DNA of 64,000 nt from contig OX597840.1 in assembly GCA_951406725.2 (NCBI GenBank), positions 39,742,001 to 39,806,000 of the forward strand. Reading direction: 5' to 3'. The translations under genes and the position numbers were made by a program. Every line of letters begins with the position of its first letter. Position 1 is the stretch's first letter. Below are positions 42,113 through 54,889 of the stretch, piece after piece. The notes beneath the pieces are model-generated. The model saw nothing but the letters and a program-made list of their open reading frames with translations. It did not search any database and was not told the DNA's origin. Source of the stretch: Octopus vulgaris. Lineage: Eukaryota.

Positions 42113-42662
42113 CCAGCGTTCAGTATTACTGTAGTCAATTGAAAATTCGCAGTTGAATGCTGCCATTGACCAACATGAAGAGCATAGCCTTAAGTAGGAA
42201 CGTGGTGCAGCCCTACACTGAGTTGTAGCCTCCAGTTGTTGTTGTTTTTCCCCTGTAGTTTCCGTAACGCACGCAGCAACAGTTGCTACAGCATATCTTG
42301 TAACTTGAACTGCACGTTGTGTTGCAGTCTCTGCAGCTCGTTCAGCAGCAGTTTTGGAAGCATCTCTTGTAAGTCGAACTTCGCGTTGTGCTGCAGTCTC
42401 TGAAATTCATGCAGCAGCAGTAGAGAAAGTATTTCTTGTTCGACGCGCTGAACGTTGCTCGTTGCTCTGGGCGGCTCGTTGCGCAGCAATACGTGCTAAC
42501 CGATCACAACGTTGCTCTTCACTTTCCCTTCTTCGCGCAGAAGCCATCCTAGACAGTGTCCTTCTTGGCGGCGTCCTCGGCCGATTCATTTGCACGCATA
42601 CGTTTACTTTTCTTTGCAGCATTTGTTTGCCGACCTACATTGGACCTTTTGCGTCGAGGCAT
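42113..42662 (-). pseudogene. Helitron RepHel N-terminal remnant
   Basis: MPRRKRSNVGRQTNAAKKSKRMRANES.. (frameshift) ..RRRESEEQRCDRLAR..ETAAQREVRL..ETATQR..AAFNCEFSIDYSN. The ETxxQRxxRL repeats followed by an AFxYDxxxDYS-like motif are typical of the region before the Helitron Rep zinc finger. Confidence 0.75.
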
Positions 42663-43197
42663 GTTGGAAAATTATCAGTTAACGCAATAGAAAATGTCCT
42701 AAGGAAAAAGCGGTAGATATGTAGCACTCCAAAAACAGTAAAATGTAGTTGGCAAAAATGTTAATCAAACGGACCAAATTAAGGATTTTTAATTTTGAGT
42801 AAGATCTTTGAAGTAGTGAGTTTAAGTTGGAATAATTATGTGAAAAAGAGCGCTCACGTGAAAACAGAGGCAAATCGTAACTCGGAAATGAATATTCCTG
42901 GCAGTACCTTGGAAGCAGTCTGAATGATTTCAACACAGCTAAGAAAGTGAAGTGTTGATTTTTTTCCAGTTGGATGTCTGTAACGTTTTTTTTTTCTCTG
43001 GCTCAAGCCAAATCCTCGGCGAATTGAGATTAGTCTATTTATGTTGTGTGTGTGGAATTTCGAGGACAAAATTATAAGAAAAATTGTCCTAAGTCAAAGA
43101 GAGCCCATATATCAAATTTGGTGAAATTTGGTTGAAAATTGTAGGAGTAGAAATGGTTCACACAACACACAGACAACTTGCCTTTTAATATATAAGA
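42113..43197 (-). mobile_element. 5' portion of a formerly autonomous Helitron
   Basis: 5' end A|TCTTATATATTAAAAGGCAAGTTGTCTGTGTG at 43197 resembles the 5' end at 41150; RepHel start at 42662; no 3' CTAG end seen. Confidence 0.7.
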
Positions 43198-43636
43198 TAT
43201 ATGTTTGAATGTGTGTATATATGTATATATTTTGTTTGTGTGTTAAGGCTACCATTGGTATCACGTTAAGAAATACAAACAATTATTCGAATTTATCACA
43301 TAGGTAATTCGGTGTTCGTTTCCATTGCGGATCAAAACTCGATTAGTTACAAAAAGTCACAATAAAATCACGCGAGAATTTCGACAAACAAAAACAAGTT
43401 ATCAATAAGAACGTCTCTTGGGTGATTATCTCACTTTGATTCAACATTTGAAAAATTGAAATACTTGATTTAATCCAAAACAGAGACGAAAAGCGAATCT
43501 CATATATGATATGTGTTTCTCCTCTGTGAATAATTGTTGATGTATTCCTTAACAAGTACACAATGGAAGAATTAATACCCAAATAAAGAACCTAAATGCT
43601 ATGTTGAGCACACTCACTCATTCTTCGATATATCGA

Positions 43637-43667
<31 letters not shown>

Positions 43668-43969
43668 GAATATATAAGTAGGTGAATGAATTATCCTATG
43701 TTTATCGTCAGCATGGAAAATTCGTTTAACCGATACGTGGGTAGCAAATTCACGTCAGAAAACACGGTTGAGGCGACCTGTCAAGGGTAGAAACTCCGGG
43801 TTCTTGTGTAGAAATTTGTGTGTCTTGTATATGAATGAATGAAAGAATGGAGTCGAACGAAGATGTTAACAAAATTCCTTTACTCTCGACACATGTTTCG
43901 AAGACAGCATTTATTCATATATATATATATGTATGTATATATATATATATATATTCATACATAGATAAA

Positions 43970-44150
43970 GCGGCGATCACGCAGAGTCGTTAACGCATCA
44001 GATAAAATGTTTATCTGCTTTTCGTTCGTCTTTACCTTTGGGATTGAAATTCCGGCGAGGTCAGCTTTGTCTTTCATCCTGCCCAGGGTTGAAAAAATAA
44101 GTACTAATTGAGCAGTGAGGTTGAAGTAATCGTCAAGAACCTCCCTCCAA
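43970..44150 (+). mobile_element. Diverged SINE family B
   Basis: AAATTCCG.CGAGGTC..CTTTG.CTTTCATCCT...GGGTTGA.AAAATAAGTAC. Confidence 0.6.
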
Positions 44151-44177
44151 TATATGCATATAATGGAAAGGATATAC

Positions 44178-44222
<45 letters not shown>

Positions 44223-44354
44223 TATTGAGTGTTTGTTTGTGAGAGAGAAAGAGAGAGTATGTGTGTGTGTGAAGTTGTTAAGCCGAAACTTTGTATTAAC
44301 AACAAACGAGATAAGGATATATATATATAGAGAGAGAGAGATAGAGAGATAGAT

Positions 44355-44435
<81 letters not shown>

Positions 44436-44947
44436 TGTGTGATGTGCGTTGTATGTATTTATCTATATGAAGTGACGAAATATTGTGTTTAAAAACGTGT
44501 CGAAATTACTCAAACCATAACGTAGACTATGGTATATTTCACTATAAACTTAATTCATTCAATTAAATCTGCTTCACGTTTCCGTTCTAACAAACGAAAA
44601 CGTGAAACATTGAGCTCAAGTCTCAGACTCTCTTTCACCTACTCTGCATATACACACACAAACAAACAAACAAACAAATACCAATATATATTCAGAACTT
44701 GTGCGTGTGTGGAAAGCGAGAAAGTTTAAATATGTCTGGCATAAAATACAGATTTTAGATTTTGTGGGTGTGACTCTGTGTGGGAAATGTGTTCACCTCG
44801 TCTGGATCTTTGCAAGATTTATTTAAACACGACCACAAAATGATAAAAAGAAAATGCTATAATTGAGAGAGACTAAGATCAGAGGAAATATAAAGTGGGA
44901 AGAAAAGTGAGTGAGTTACAGAGAGAAAACGAGAGACACAGAGCGAC

Positions 44948-45021
<74 letters not shown>

Positions 45022-45322
45022 TTGAGGAGAATGAAAGAGAGAATGAATGTGAAGGAACGAGAGTGCTAGACATAAAATCGTATCAAATAAACGTAGAAAT
45101 CATATTTCGATAAATTTAAACTTTTCGAATCATTTAATATTTTAGCATGGAGCTATATAGGGTAATTAAAATATAATCCGATTTGCTAAATTCTTTATTG
45201 GCAAATCGATAGGCAAGCTTAACTTTGAAAACATAATTAACACCTTTGCAAGGTGCTATTTCATAAATAGATGTATGCCATAAATGCCTAATTACTTTAC
45301 TCTTTCTCTCTCTCTCATTCTC

Positions 45323-45370
<48 letters not shown>

Positions 45371-45741
45371 TCTCTCTCTCTCTCACTCTCTCTCTCTCTC
45401 TCTCTCTCATTTAAAACAGATGATAATGCGACTGCCTCAGATGTTGGAATTTGCGAACGATTTAGTCGTTTTTACTATTTTTCGAAAAACGAAAAAAAAA
45501 AATTTCAACCTTTCTTTTCTTACTTTTTGTTTGTTTCTTTTTTTTGTTTTTTCTTTTGGTTCTTTCAGATAAGTGAAATTCAGAAAATATTATAGAACTG
45601 AAAATTGGTTTGTGAAGAAAGAAATAATAATAATAATAATAATAATGATAATAATATACAAAAATAAATATCGATATTAAACTCTCAACAGAAATGAGAC
45701 GGAACGAATTATAGCGAAATGGATGTTTCCAATATGTTGTA

Positions 45742-45772
<31 letters not shown>

Positions 45773-46087
45773 GTTTTATCTTTGGAAGTCTCTTGTTTTG
45801 TTTTTGTTTCTTTATTTCCTTTCCAAAGAGAAAGTTTACAAATATGATTGGTGGAATTAATTTTGATATGTTGAAATTTATTAAAAATATTTTCTAAAAT
45901 AAAAGCAGATTACACACCTTTTTTTTTTTATTGTTGTGTTCATTTTGTTATCTTTTCCCCATTGGTTTCTTAGTTTAAATCAATAACGACTGAGCATTTG
46001 AAATAAAGATTAATCAACCGAGACGTCACGTGTTCGAACCTACAATTCGGCTCTGGAAATGTTTATTCATTAATTCACGAAACACTC

Positions 46088-46948
46088 TGCGGCGGTGAGC
46101 TGGCAGAACTGTTAGCGCGCCGAACAGGGCCCTTAGCCGCATTTCGGCCGTCTTTAAGTTCTAAGTTCAAATTCCACCGAGGTCAATTTTGAAACATTCT
46201 GGGGCAGCGAGCTGGCAGAATCGTTAGCACGCCGAACAGGGTGCTTAGCGGCATTTCGGTCGTCTTTCAGTTCTAAGTTCAAATTCCACCGAGGTCAATT
46301 TTGAAACATTCTGGGGCAGCGAGCTGGCAGAATCGTTAGCGCGCCGAACAGGGCCCTTAGCCGCATTTCGGCCGTCTTTAAGTTCTAAGTTCAAATTCCA
46401 CCGAGGTGAATTTTGAAACATTCTGGGGCAGCGAGCTGGCAGAATCGTTAGCACGCCGAACAGGGCCCTTAGCCGCATTTCGGCCGTCTTTACGTTCTAA
46501 GTTCGAATTACACCCTGGTTAATTTTGAAACATTCTGGGGCTGTGAGCTGGTAGAACCATTAGCACGCCGAACAGGGTGAATAGCGTCATTTCGGTCATC
46601 TTTAAGTTCTAAGTTCAAATTCCACTGAGGTCAATTTTGAAACATTCTGGGGCGGCGAGCTGGCAGAATCGTTAGCACGCCGAACAAGAGGTTTAGTAGC
46701 ATATCGGCCGTCTTTAAGTTTTAAGTTCAAATTCCACCGAGGTCAATCTTAAAACATTCTGGGACAGCGAGCTGGCAGACCTATTAGCACACCAAACAGG
46801 GTAGATAGCGGCATCTGGGTCGTTCTAAGTTCAAATTCCACTGAAGTCAATTTTGAAACATTTTGAGGAAACGCGGTGGCAGAATCGTTAAGCACGCTGA
46901 ACAAGATGTTTAGTAGCATATCGGCCGTCTTTAAGTTTTAAGTTCAAA
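46088..46948 (+). repeat. Tandem array of ~8 x 112-bp SINE family B heads
   Basis: Units start at about 46089, 46201, 46313, 46425, 46537, 46649, 46760 and 46865. Each is GAGCTGGCAGAATCGTTAGC..CCGAACAG..TTCTAAGTTCAAATTCCACCGAGGTCAATTTTGAAACATTCTGG. Confidence 0.9.
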
Positions 46949-47289
46949 TACGACCGGAGTCGATTTTACTTTCCTTCCTTTGGGGATCGATAAGATAAGT
47001 TTCTGTTTCATTCGGAGTCAATCTATCCCCGAAATTTCCGAAACACTCAGTGATTTGATGGCATACCAAATATTCACCGAATCCAATAAGGGAGTCTCTC
47101 TCTGCATTTGTTTGATGTGTTAGAAATGGCAGCCAAATCTCTCTCAAATCTCATTTTATAACCTTAGAAAAATGTCACCTTTGATAATACAGTTCTATTT
47201 GTAGTAAGCCTAAGGGATGCATTTGATAACGTGCGATTTGTTATAGAAAACGATGGATGGCCGGGGCAAGAACATATTTCATCCTGTCT

Positions 47290-47720
47290 TCTTGACCACT
47301 GCCGAAATGGTGACACAGAAATACAATAGCGGCAACACCGTGAACAGGGTAGACACAACGTTTTAAAATGGCTCCCTAGGAGAAGGAAGGGTACCGACTT
47401 TTGTACGATATCGGCAATTTGTGTGTCGAAGAGGGGATGATCTGAATATCCTCAAAAGTAGGGCCATTTTTCATTACTTGCAACAGGGAGGATACCGTTA
47501 AATCTTAGCAAGAATTTGGAAGTAAACCGAAAGACGAATAAAGTCTACCAACCCAAACTAAATTTTCCATTTTCTTGCCCAATCAGGAGATGAGGACCAG
47601 TGAACATGATTGTTCCAATGTCTCAGAAACAGGCACGTGGAAGGGACAAAGATAGATTTAAACTGAAGACCTGATCCGAATGCTAGTAGAGACAGGTCTT
47701 CTTCAAAAATATTCGAAGGT
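47290..47720 (-). pseudogene. CR1/L2-like LINE reverse transcriptase remnant
   Basis: Minus-strand fragments DWARKWKI*FG (cf. W...W.M.FN) and FDTQIADIVQK (cf. L.F..HI..I..K); heavily decayed. Confidence 0.5.
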
Positions 47721-48033
47721 GCATGTTAACTTAGGTGTCATATTACCTCTAAAAGTACTTCCCTAAAACGGTTAATCGATTCGTAAGGACTGAAAAAGCA
47801 TACATTTCTTGAGCAAGGAAACTTGAATGTGCTCTGAGAACCATATATCCCTGCATACATAGAAAATATGTAGGAACAAATGGAGAAAACAACGCCCCTT
47901 TAAAAAACTGACAGATACTTATACAGGATGCCTCTAAATTGGATAGATAGATAGATATATAGATACCCAGCACAAGGCGGCACTCCAGCGAGGCCTAATG
48001 ACTGAAACAAGTAAAATATAAAAAGGTATAATC

Positions 48034-48081
<48 letters not shown>

Positions 48082-48090
48082 ATATACATT

Positions 48091-48125
<35 letters not shown>

Positions 48126-48155
48126 GTATATACATAACTGAAAGAAATACGCCAA

Positions 48156-48204
<49 letters not shown>

Positions 48205-48209
48205 CAGGC

Positions 48210-48328
<119 letters not shown>

Positions 48329-48329
48329 G

Positions 48330-48470
48330 TTGACGAGTTTCTTTCAGTTTCCGCCTACCAAATCCTACGGTAAAAGGCACCTGACCAAGGTGCCACGCAG
48401 TGGGGCTTAACCCGGAACCATGCGTTTGGAAATCAAATCGCTTATCACACAGACTGGCCTGCATCTGGCT
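48330..48470 (-). mobile_element. Diverged SINE family A head
   Basis: TTCTTTCAGTTTCCG.CTACCAAATCC..CCAAGGTGCCACGCAGTGGG. Confidence 0.7.
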
Positions 48471-48570
48471 ATATGTATATATGCAACGTACTTCTGCATG
48501 TATTATTTCCAAAGTATATTTATTGTCAATCTGCGGTTGTAGTACATGTCACATGACGTCTATATATTTT

Positions 48571-48774
48571 CTTTTCATTTACTTGTTTCAGTCATTTGAC
48601 TGCGGCCATACTGGAGCACCACCTTTACTTGAGCAAATCGACCCCGGGATTTATTCTTTGTAAGCCCAGTACTTATTATATCGGTCTCTTTTGCCGAACC
48701 GCTAAGTGACGGGGACATAAACACACCAGCATCGGTTGTCAAGCAATGCTAGGGGGACACACACAGACACACAA

Positions 48775-48839
<65 letters not shown>

Positions 48840-49004
48840 TACGACAGGCTTCTTTCAGTTTCCGTCTACCAAATCCACTCCCAAGGCATTGGTCGGCCCG
48901 GGGCTATAGCAGAAGACACTCGCCCAAGATGCCACGCAGTGGGACTGAACCCGGAACCATGTGGTTGGTTGGCAAGCTACTTACCACACAGCCACTCCTG
49001 CGCC
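48571..49004 (-). mobile_element. SINE family A
   Basis: Full-length reverse-strand copy. Confidence 0.9.
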
Positions 49005-50084
49005 TATATTGAGCAAACATCTTAAGCACCGATCCATATGTTCCCTGATTATGAAGATATCCGAAGCTGCATTCCGGTATTTTAGGATTGGTCATATGTA
49101 CTTATGGTACATAAGTGAACTTAACCACGGGAAAACTAAGCGCTTCATTAATTATGTAGCATCATCAATTCATTAGGCATAGATGCCTGCTGAACAAGAG
49201 TTAATTAGTCCCTTATGTTTGCTAATTACCTGATTATAGCGATTAGGGCTTATTAAAACGTAAAACTGAAACAGATCGAGGAGACGTTACACGTGCTCAC
49301 ACAAAGAACGCCGGGAATCTTCGGAACTTTGGTTTTTAAGAAAACTTCGGAAATTCAATTTTAAATTGCAATTTACACCAAGTGTAATTATAATAATATA
49401 CATTTTTTTTTTTAAGTAACTCAAATAAATACAAAGAAATAATTTGTTATAGAAACTCAGTTTTAACTGGTGTTTTGTCATTTAGAATTAATATATTAGC
49501 AATTATATCGATTCTGACAACTACCTAGCATAAATCGCCAAAGGCTTTGCAATGTGCTCCCTTCTACAATATTATTCTATTTAAGCAAAACTTTTAACAA
49601 ATGTTAAAGTGTCTGACTCGATAATTAATGGCAAGTGCGCTCACAAATAGATCTCAAACATTTCTTTCAAAATTACAACCTGTAATTCAAAAGCAATTAT
49701 AATTTAATTATGCCTAACTATATTGGCTAATTTATTTTCGAAATTTCAGTGTTACATTCTTCGAAAATTTGTTGAAGTGAAATTTCTGACAGCAAGAAAT
49801 TGCAGGGAACTATCATCAGTGACATAATACAACAGCAGCACAGTTTTTTTTCTTGTTTTTTGTATGTTTGTTTGGTTTTTTTTTGGTTTTTTTGATACTA
49901 TATTTGGAAGTGTAGTACATTCTCTGTCTTAGAATTTTGTTATCTCCTTCTCCTCCTCCTCCTTCTCATTTCCTTTGTTTATTTTTTCTTCTTCATCTCC
50001 GTCCTCAGATCACTATTCAGATAGCAGCCATTATTCTTATTAACATCAGTGACATCATCAAGATCATCACTGCCATTATGAATA

Positions 50085-50113
50085 TAATTATCATTATCAT
50101 CATCATCATCGTT

Positions 50114-50171
<58 letters not shown>

Positions 50172-50185
50172 CAATCATCATCATA
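50085..50185. repeat. (CAT)n microsatellite
   Basis: Read directly. Confidence 0.9.
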
Positions 50186-50562
50186 TTCAACATCGTCAAT
50201 AACATTTCTTATAATGTAAACGATCCGCATATATGGTCGTATGGTGTTACACTGTATCCAAACAGTAAATACGAAAATAACATGGAAACGCAAACAACAC
50301 AAGAACTCAAGCTATGAAAAAAATCATCACCACACGTATGTATACCTGTCATCTGTTACTTGTTTTAGTTATTATATAGCGGCCATACTGGAGCACCCCC
50401 ACCCCACATTTGAATGCCTCAGTGAAATGAGTCCACCTCAATATATTTGGATTTTCATTTTTCTTTTAAGTTCGGTACTTAATGTTTGTCTTTTTGACCG
50501 AACTGGTAAGTCACACGGACGTAAAAAAGCGGTAGTGTGGGTCAAACACATTCTCACACAGA

Positions 50563-50619
<57 letters not shown>

Positions 50620-50855
50620 GAATACACTGTACGTTCAAACACCAAAAAGATACCTGAAGAATAGGATATCTGACTCACTAGAAAGAGCAGTTGAAACTCC
50701 AAGCCACCAATTGTTTTAATTCCGAAAGTGATTGAAAAGTAAAAACATTTACCTTAATCCTAAACCCTGCAAGGTTTCTGCAGATTTATGTACAGAATGA
50801 AATTATCTTATTTCAGTCTATATCTGGCGCTGCGTCCTCAGTAGGTTGCCATATA

Positions 50856-50962
<107 letters not shown>

Positions 50963-51001
50963 GATTACATACACACACATCTATAGAATGTGTGCGAGTG
51001 T

Positions 51002-51200
51002 GAAGGTATGTGGCTCAGTGGTTACGACATTCGGCTCACGATCGTAAGGTCGTGAGTTCAATTCCTGGCGACGCATTGTGTCCTTGAGCAAGACACTTTA
51101 TTTCACGTTGCTCCAGTCCACTCAGATGGAAAAAATGAGTAATGCCTGTATTTCAAATGGCCAGCCTTGTCAGACTCTATGTCGCGCCGAATCTTCCGAG
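51002..51200 (+). mobile_element. tRNA-derived SINE with V-domain-like core (family E)
   Basis: TGGCTCAGTGG A-box, GAGTTCAATTCC B-box, then TTGTGTCCTTGAGCAAGACACTT. Confidence 0.75.
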
Positions 51201-51430
51201 TGCTTCTTTATATATAAATATATATTTTTTTTTTATATTTTTAATTTTTAAGTTTTTTAAATTTTTAAATTTTTAATTTTATATTTTATATATTTTTTAT
51301 ATTATATTAATTATTTTTATTTTTATGTTTTGGTATATGTTTTTCACTGTTTGATTTGCCTAATAGTGGTGTTATCTCTAATTTTATTTATATATATATA
51401 TATACATACATATGTATGTATGTATGTATG

Positions 51431-51464
<34 letters not shown>

Positions 51465-51508
51465 TGTATGTATGTATGTATGTATGTATGTATGTATGTA
51501 TGTATACA

Positions 51509-51857
51509 TGCTTTCGGTGCGAATAATGTTTCTTATACGGACCCGTTTTTGCAGGTCTGCAATAATAATAATGATATGTTTATAAAAGCTAAAGGTTTAT
51601 GGTGATCCCCGTGTAATGACAAAGAAAAATAGTCTAATAACGGGACATATAAGGACTCGACAGAAAAAAGAAGACTTTCCTATCCGAAGAAACTCGTCTT
51701 TTTTCTATCGAGGTCTTATATGTCCCTTTATTAGACTATTTTTTCTTAGTCATTGGACGGTGGTCGCCATAAGCTCTTAGCTTATATAAAATATCATTAT
51801 TATTATTTACAGAACTGTAAAAATGGGTCCGTATAAGGAAAACCATTCGCACCGAAA

Positions 51858-51860
<3 letters not shown>
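51509..51860. mobile_element. ~350-bp fold-back MITE
   Basis: Termini TGCTTTCGGTGCGAAT / ATTCGCACCGAAAGCA. Arms pair imperfectly over the whole length down to a ~9-nt loop near 51680-51688; lies in a TA-rich microsatellite. Confidence 0.85.
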
Positions 51861-51903
<43 letters not shown>

Positions 51904-51958
51904 AGATGTACTCGCATAGCAAGTAATTTGATCTGAGATCGTGTGCTGAGTTCGTGTA

Positions 51959-52037
<79 letters not shown>

Positions 52038-52559
52038 CTGTATTTCCATACATATGTATATAAACCGAAAGAAGCCCATAAGTTGTATGTACATGAATAT
52101 ATTCATATAACTTATGGGCTTCTTTCAGATTCAATCTACTGAATTACTCTCGAGTATTTGGCAGAACACACTTGCCCAATTAACCACGAAGTGGGACTGA
52201 TCCCAGATCATTGCACTTGGCAACAAAACCTCTTACCGCACACACAGTTATGCGCTTCGCATAAATAGAAAAGCAAATATGAATATGCATATACTGAGAA
52301 CAAGTTCAAGTAATTATGGACTAGTTTGAAACATAAACTGTTAATTAATTTAAAGCTGTGCTTCGTTGAAAGCTTACAGCAGAGTAATTAGTAGAGATGT
52401 TTTGTTGCTCTTTTGCTTTTTGAAAACGTAACGTTCTTTCTAACCTGTATTTTGGGGCAGATTTCGGTTATTTCTTCACACATTCATCAATTTTCATACC
52501 ATGCATTATCTCAAAAATTTACCCTAAAATATCCATTACAACAAGAAATTCATCTCCAC

Positions 52560-52595
<36 letters not shown>

Positions 52596-53003
52596 GGCGC
52601 AGGAGTGACTGTGTGGTAAGTAGCTTGCTTACGAACCACATGGTTCCAGGTTCAGTCCCACTGCGTGGCACCTTGGGCAAATGTATTCTACTATACCCAC
52701 GGGCCGACCAAAGCCTTGTGAGTGGATTTGGTAGACGGAAACTGAAAGAAGCCCGTCGTATATATGTATATATATATATATGTGCATGTGTGTTTGTGTG
52801 TCTGTGTTTGTCCCCCTAGCATTGTTTGACAAACGATGCTGGTGTGTTTATGTCCCCGTCACTTAGCGGTTCGGCAAAAGAGACCGATATAATAAGTACT
52901 GGGCTTACAAAGAATAAGTCCCGGGGTCGAGTTTGTCGATTAAAGGTGGTGCTCCAGCATGGCCGCAGTCAAATGACTGAAACAAGTAAAAGAGTAAAAG
53001 AGT
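52596..53003 (+). mobile_element. SINE family A
   Basis: Full-length copy with AAAAGAGT tail. Confidence 0.9.
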
Positions 53004-53041
53004 ATATATACATTTTTGTGTGTGCGTGCATATATATGCAT

Positions 53042-53098
<57 letters not shown>

Positions 53099-53344
53099 TA
53101 TATATGTATGTACATAAAATATATATATTATTTTTTAAAAATATCCTACATTAGATGTAAATTTAATAGTGTTCACTTCCGGACACTCTCACTCTGTGAA
53201 AGTTCCTAGATCGAATCACACGTGTCTCGAGATGTGCTGAAGATTTTCTATTTTGGATATATTTGGGGTACTTAGGTCTTCTCAGGACTTAGTGCTTGCT
53301 TTTTCCATGGGTGTGAGTAAGTATTTCATTTATGTCTTACGTAT

Positions 53345-53405
53345 TTATCGCTGAAGAGGGGAAAATTCTTATGAATTAACTCTGAAATTGGGACCAATAC
53401 GATAA
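53345..53405 (+). ncRNA. Type I hammerhead ribozyme (canonical core, long stem II)
   Basis: TTATCG [CTGAAGA] GGGG-aa-AATTC-ttat-GAATT-aa-CTCT [GAA] ATTGG-ga-CCAAT A^ CGATAA. AUA site at 53397-53399; lies within a TA-flanked island at ~53130-53533. Confidence 0.8.
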
Positions 53406-53531
53406 TAACGGAATTGTTTAGAAATTTATATCGGCGTGTTTCCAGACGCATAAATTATAATGGTTATTGACAATTTGTCTAATTTCGGCATATTTGACAT
53501 TAGAATTTTTCTTTTGCCCTTATTTTATAGG

Positions 53532-53580
<49 letters not shown>

Positions 53581-53588
<8 letters not shown>

Positions 53589-53820
53589 GGCCCGAGTTAT
53601 TACAGTTATAATTAGTTATTATTTCGCATTCATAAATTAACAGTTTAGATCCTATAAAAAAAAAATATGAAACCATTATTTTAATTGCAAGATAGAAATT
53701 TAAATGTCATCAAATGCTTTAAAAGAAATCTAACGTGCCTACGTGATAATTGTAATCCTAATTATCTTTGTTATATATGCATAATCAACACGTAGGAGTA
53801 ATAACTCTTGTCATTTTGTT
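53581..53820. mobile_element. Old Tc1/mariner-type MITE (degenerate TIRs)
   Basis: TA|TAGGGTGGCCCGAGTTATTAC ... GTAATAACTCTTGTCATTTTGT; shared inverted GAGTTATTAC. Confidence 0.35.
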
Positions 53821-54189
53821 GAAATATAAATTCGTTTGAGAAAATATTTCTTAAATTAAATTATATTTTATCTCTGTGTGCACGCAGCATATGCATCGCC
53901 CATCCGACGCCATTTTTCCCCATTGATAATGTTCTCGTCTTTGTTTCGCCCCAGGTCAGGCTGCATCAAGCAGACTTATCATGAATGCCGTTGCAGTTTT
54001 TAGGGTCTTGTCTTGCTTCAAACGGGTGATTCCTGTGCGATATTTGAGGCCGATTTGTCTGCTATATCTAGCAAGGTCATCGTGCTGATTGAGATCCCTT
54101 GATTGTTGGTCTCAGCTGGTGTATCAGCCGTAGCAATGATTGGGTTGGTGGTGTTCGCAGTCTTTGAACTGGTGCTGTTTCATCTACAA

Positions 54190-54475
54190 CCCCGCGACTA
54201 CTAAATACTTGTGTGTGGATTTGGTAGGCAGAAAATGAAAGAACCTTGTTGTACATGTGTGCGAGTGTATCTTTTTATTTGGCCCCCACCTTCGCTTGAC
54301 AACTGGTGTTGGTGGGTTTACGTCCCCGTAACATAGCGCTACGACAAAAGAGCTAGATAGAATAAGCACTAGGCGTAAAAGAAATACTATATAGCAGGGT
54401 CGATTCATTCGACTGAAAATTCTTTTAGGCCGTGCTCCAGCATGGCCACAGTGTAATGATTAAAACAAGTAGAAG
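54190..54475 (+). mobile_element. Diverged SINE family A body and tail
   Basis: GTGGATTTGGTAG.C.GAAA.TGAAAGAA ... GTGCTCCAGCATGGCC.CAG. Confidence 0.7.
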
Positions 54476-54889
54476 ATCCAAGTTAAAAGATCTAATGGCG
54501 TCTATAATTGTCTCTTTTCCTCCGTGACTCCTCTCTGCCACTTCTTCCTCCCACTCTTATCCTGTCTCAATACTCCCCCCCTCTTCTCTCACCCCTCTCC
54601 CAGTCTGTCTCCTATTCTGAGTTCAATTCCTAGATACGATTTCTAGTACTTTATTCTACGAAGGGCATTTCACTAACAAAATACGTACGGACAAACAGCG
54701 TATACATCTGAGAAATCCAAAAGCATTTACGCGGTAATTCCAGAGGCAAAAATTTGGTTGGAATGAACAAATCAATGCTCATCGCCGCCAGTGACGGAAA
54801 ATCCTCGTAGAATTATTTATACCATCATTTTTCTTACAATTGTTATTATTATTTTTGATTATTATTATTTTATCGCCGTTGCCGTTGGT

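Noticed and set aside
46088-46948. CRISPR-like or tRNA gene array
   Set aside because: Units are contiguous with no unique spacers, lack a complete cloverleaf and match SINE heads; the context is eukaryotic.
50640-50850. CTGAAGA (+) and CTGAGGA (-) cores in a TA-flanked island
   Set aside because: I could not build consistent stems I-III on either strand, although the island may still be an element end.
51012-51075. tRNA gene
   Set aside because: tRNA-like head lacks a proper acceptor stem and runs into a V-domain-like SINE body.
51660-51710. GAAACTCGTC at the MITE centre as an HHR
   Set aside because: It is simply the inner part of the inverted arm, and there is no CUGANGA core.
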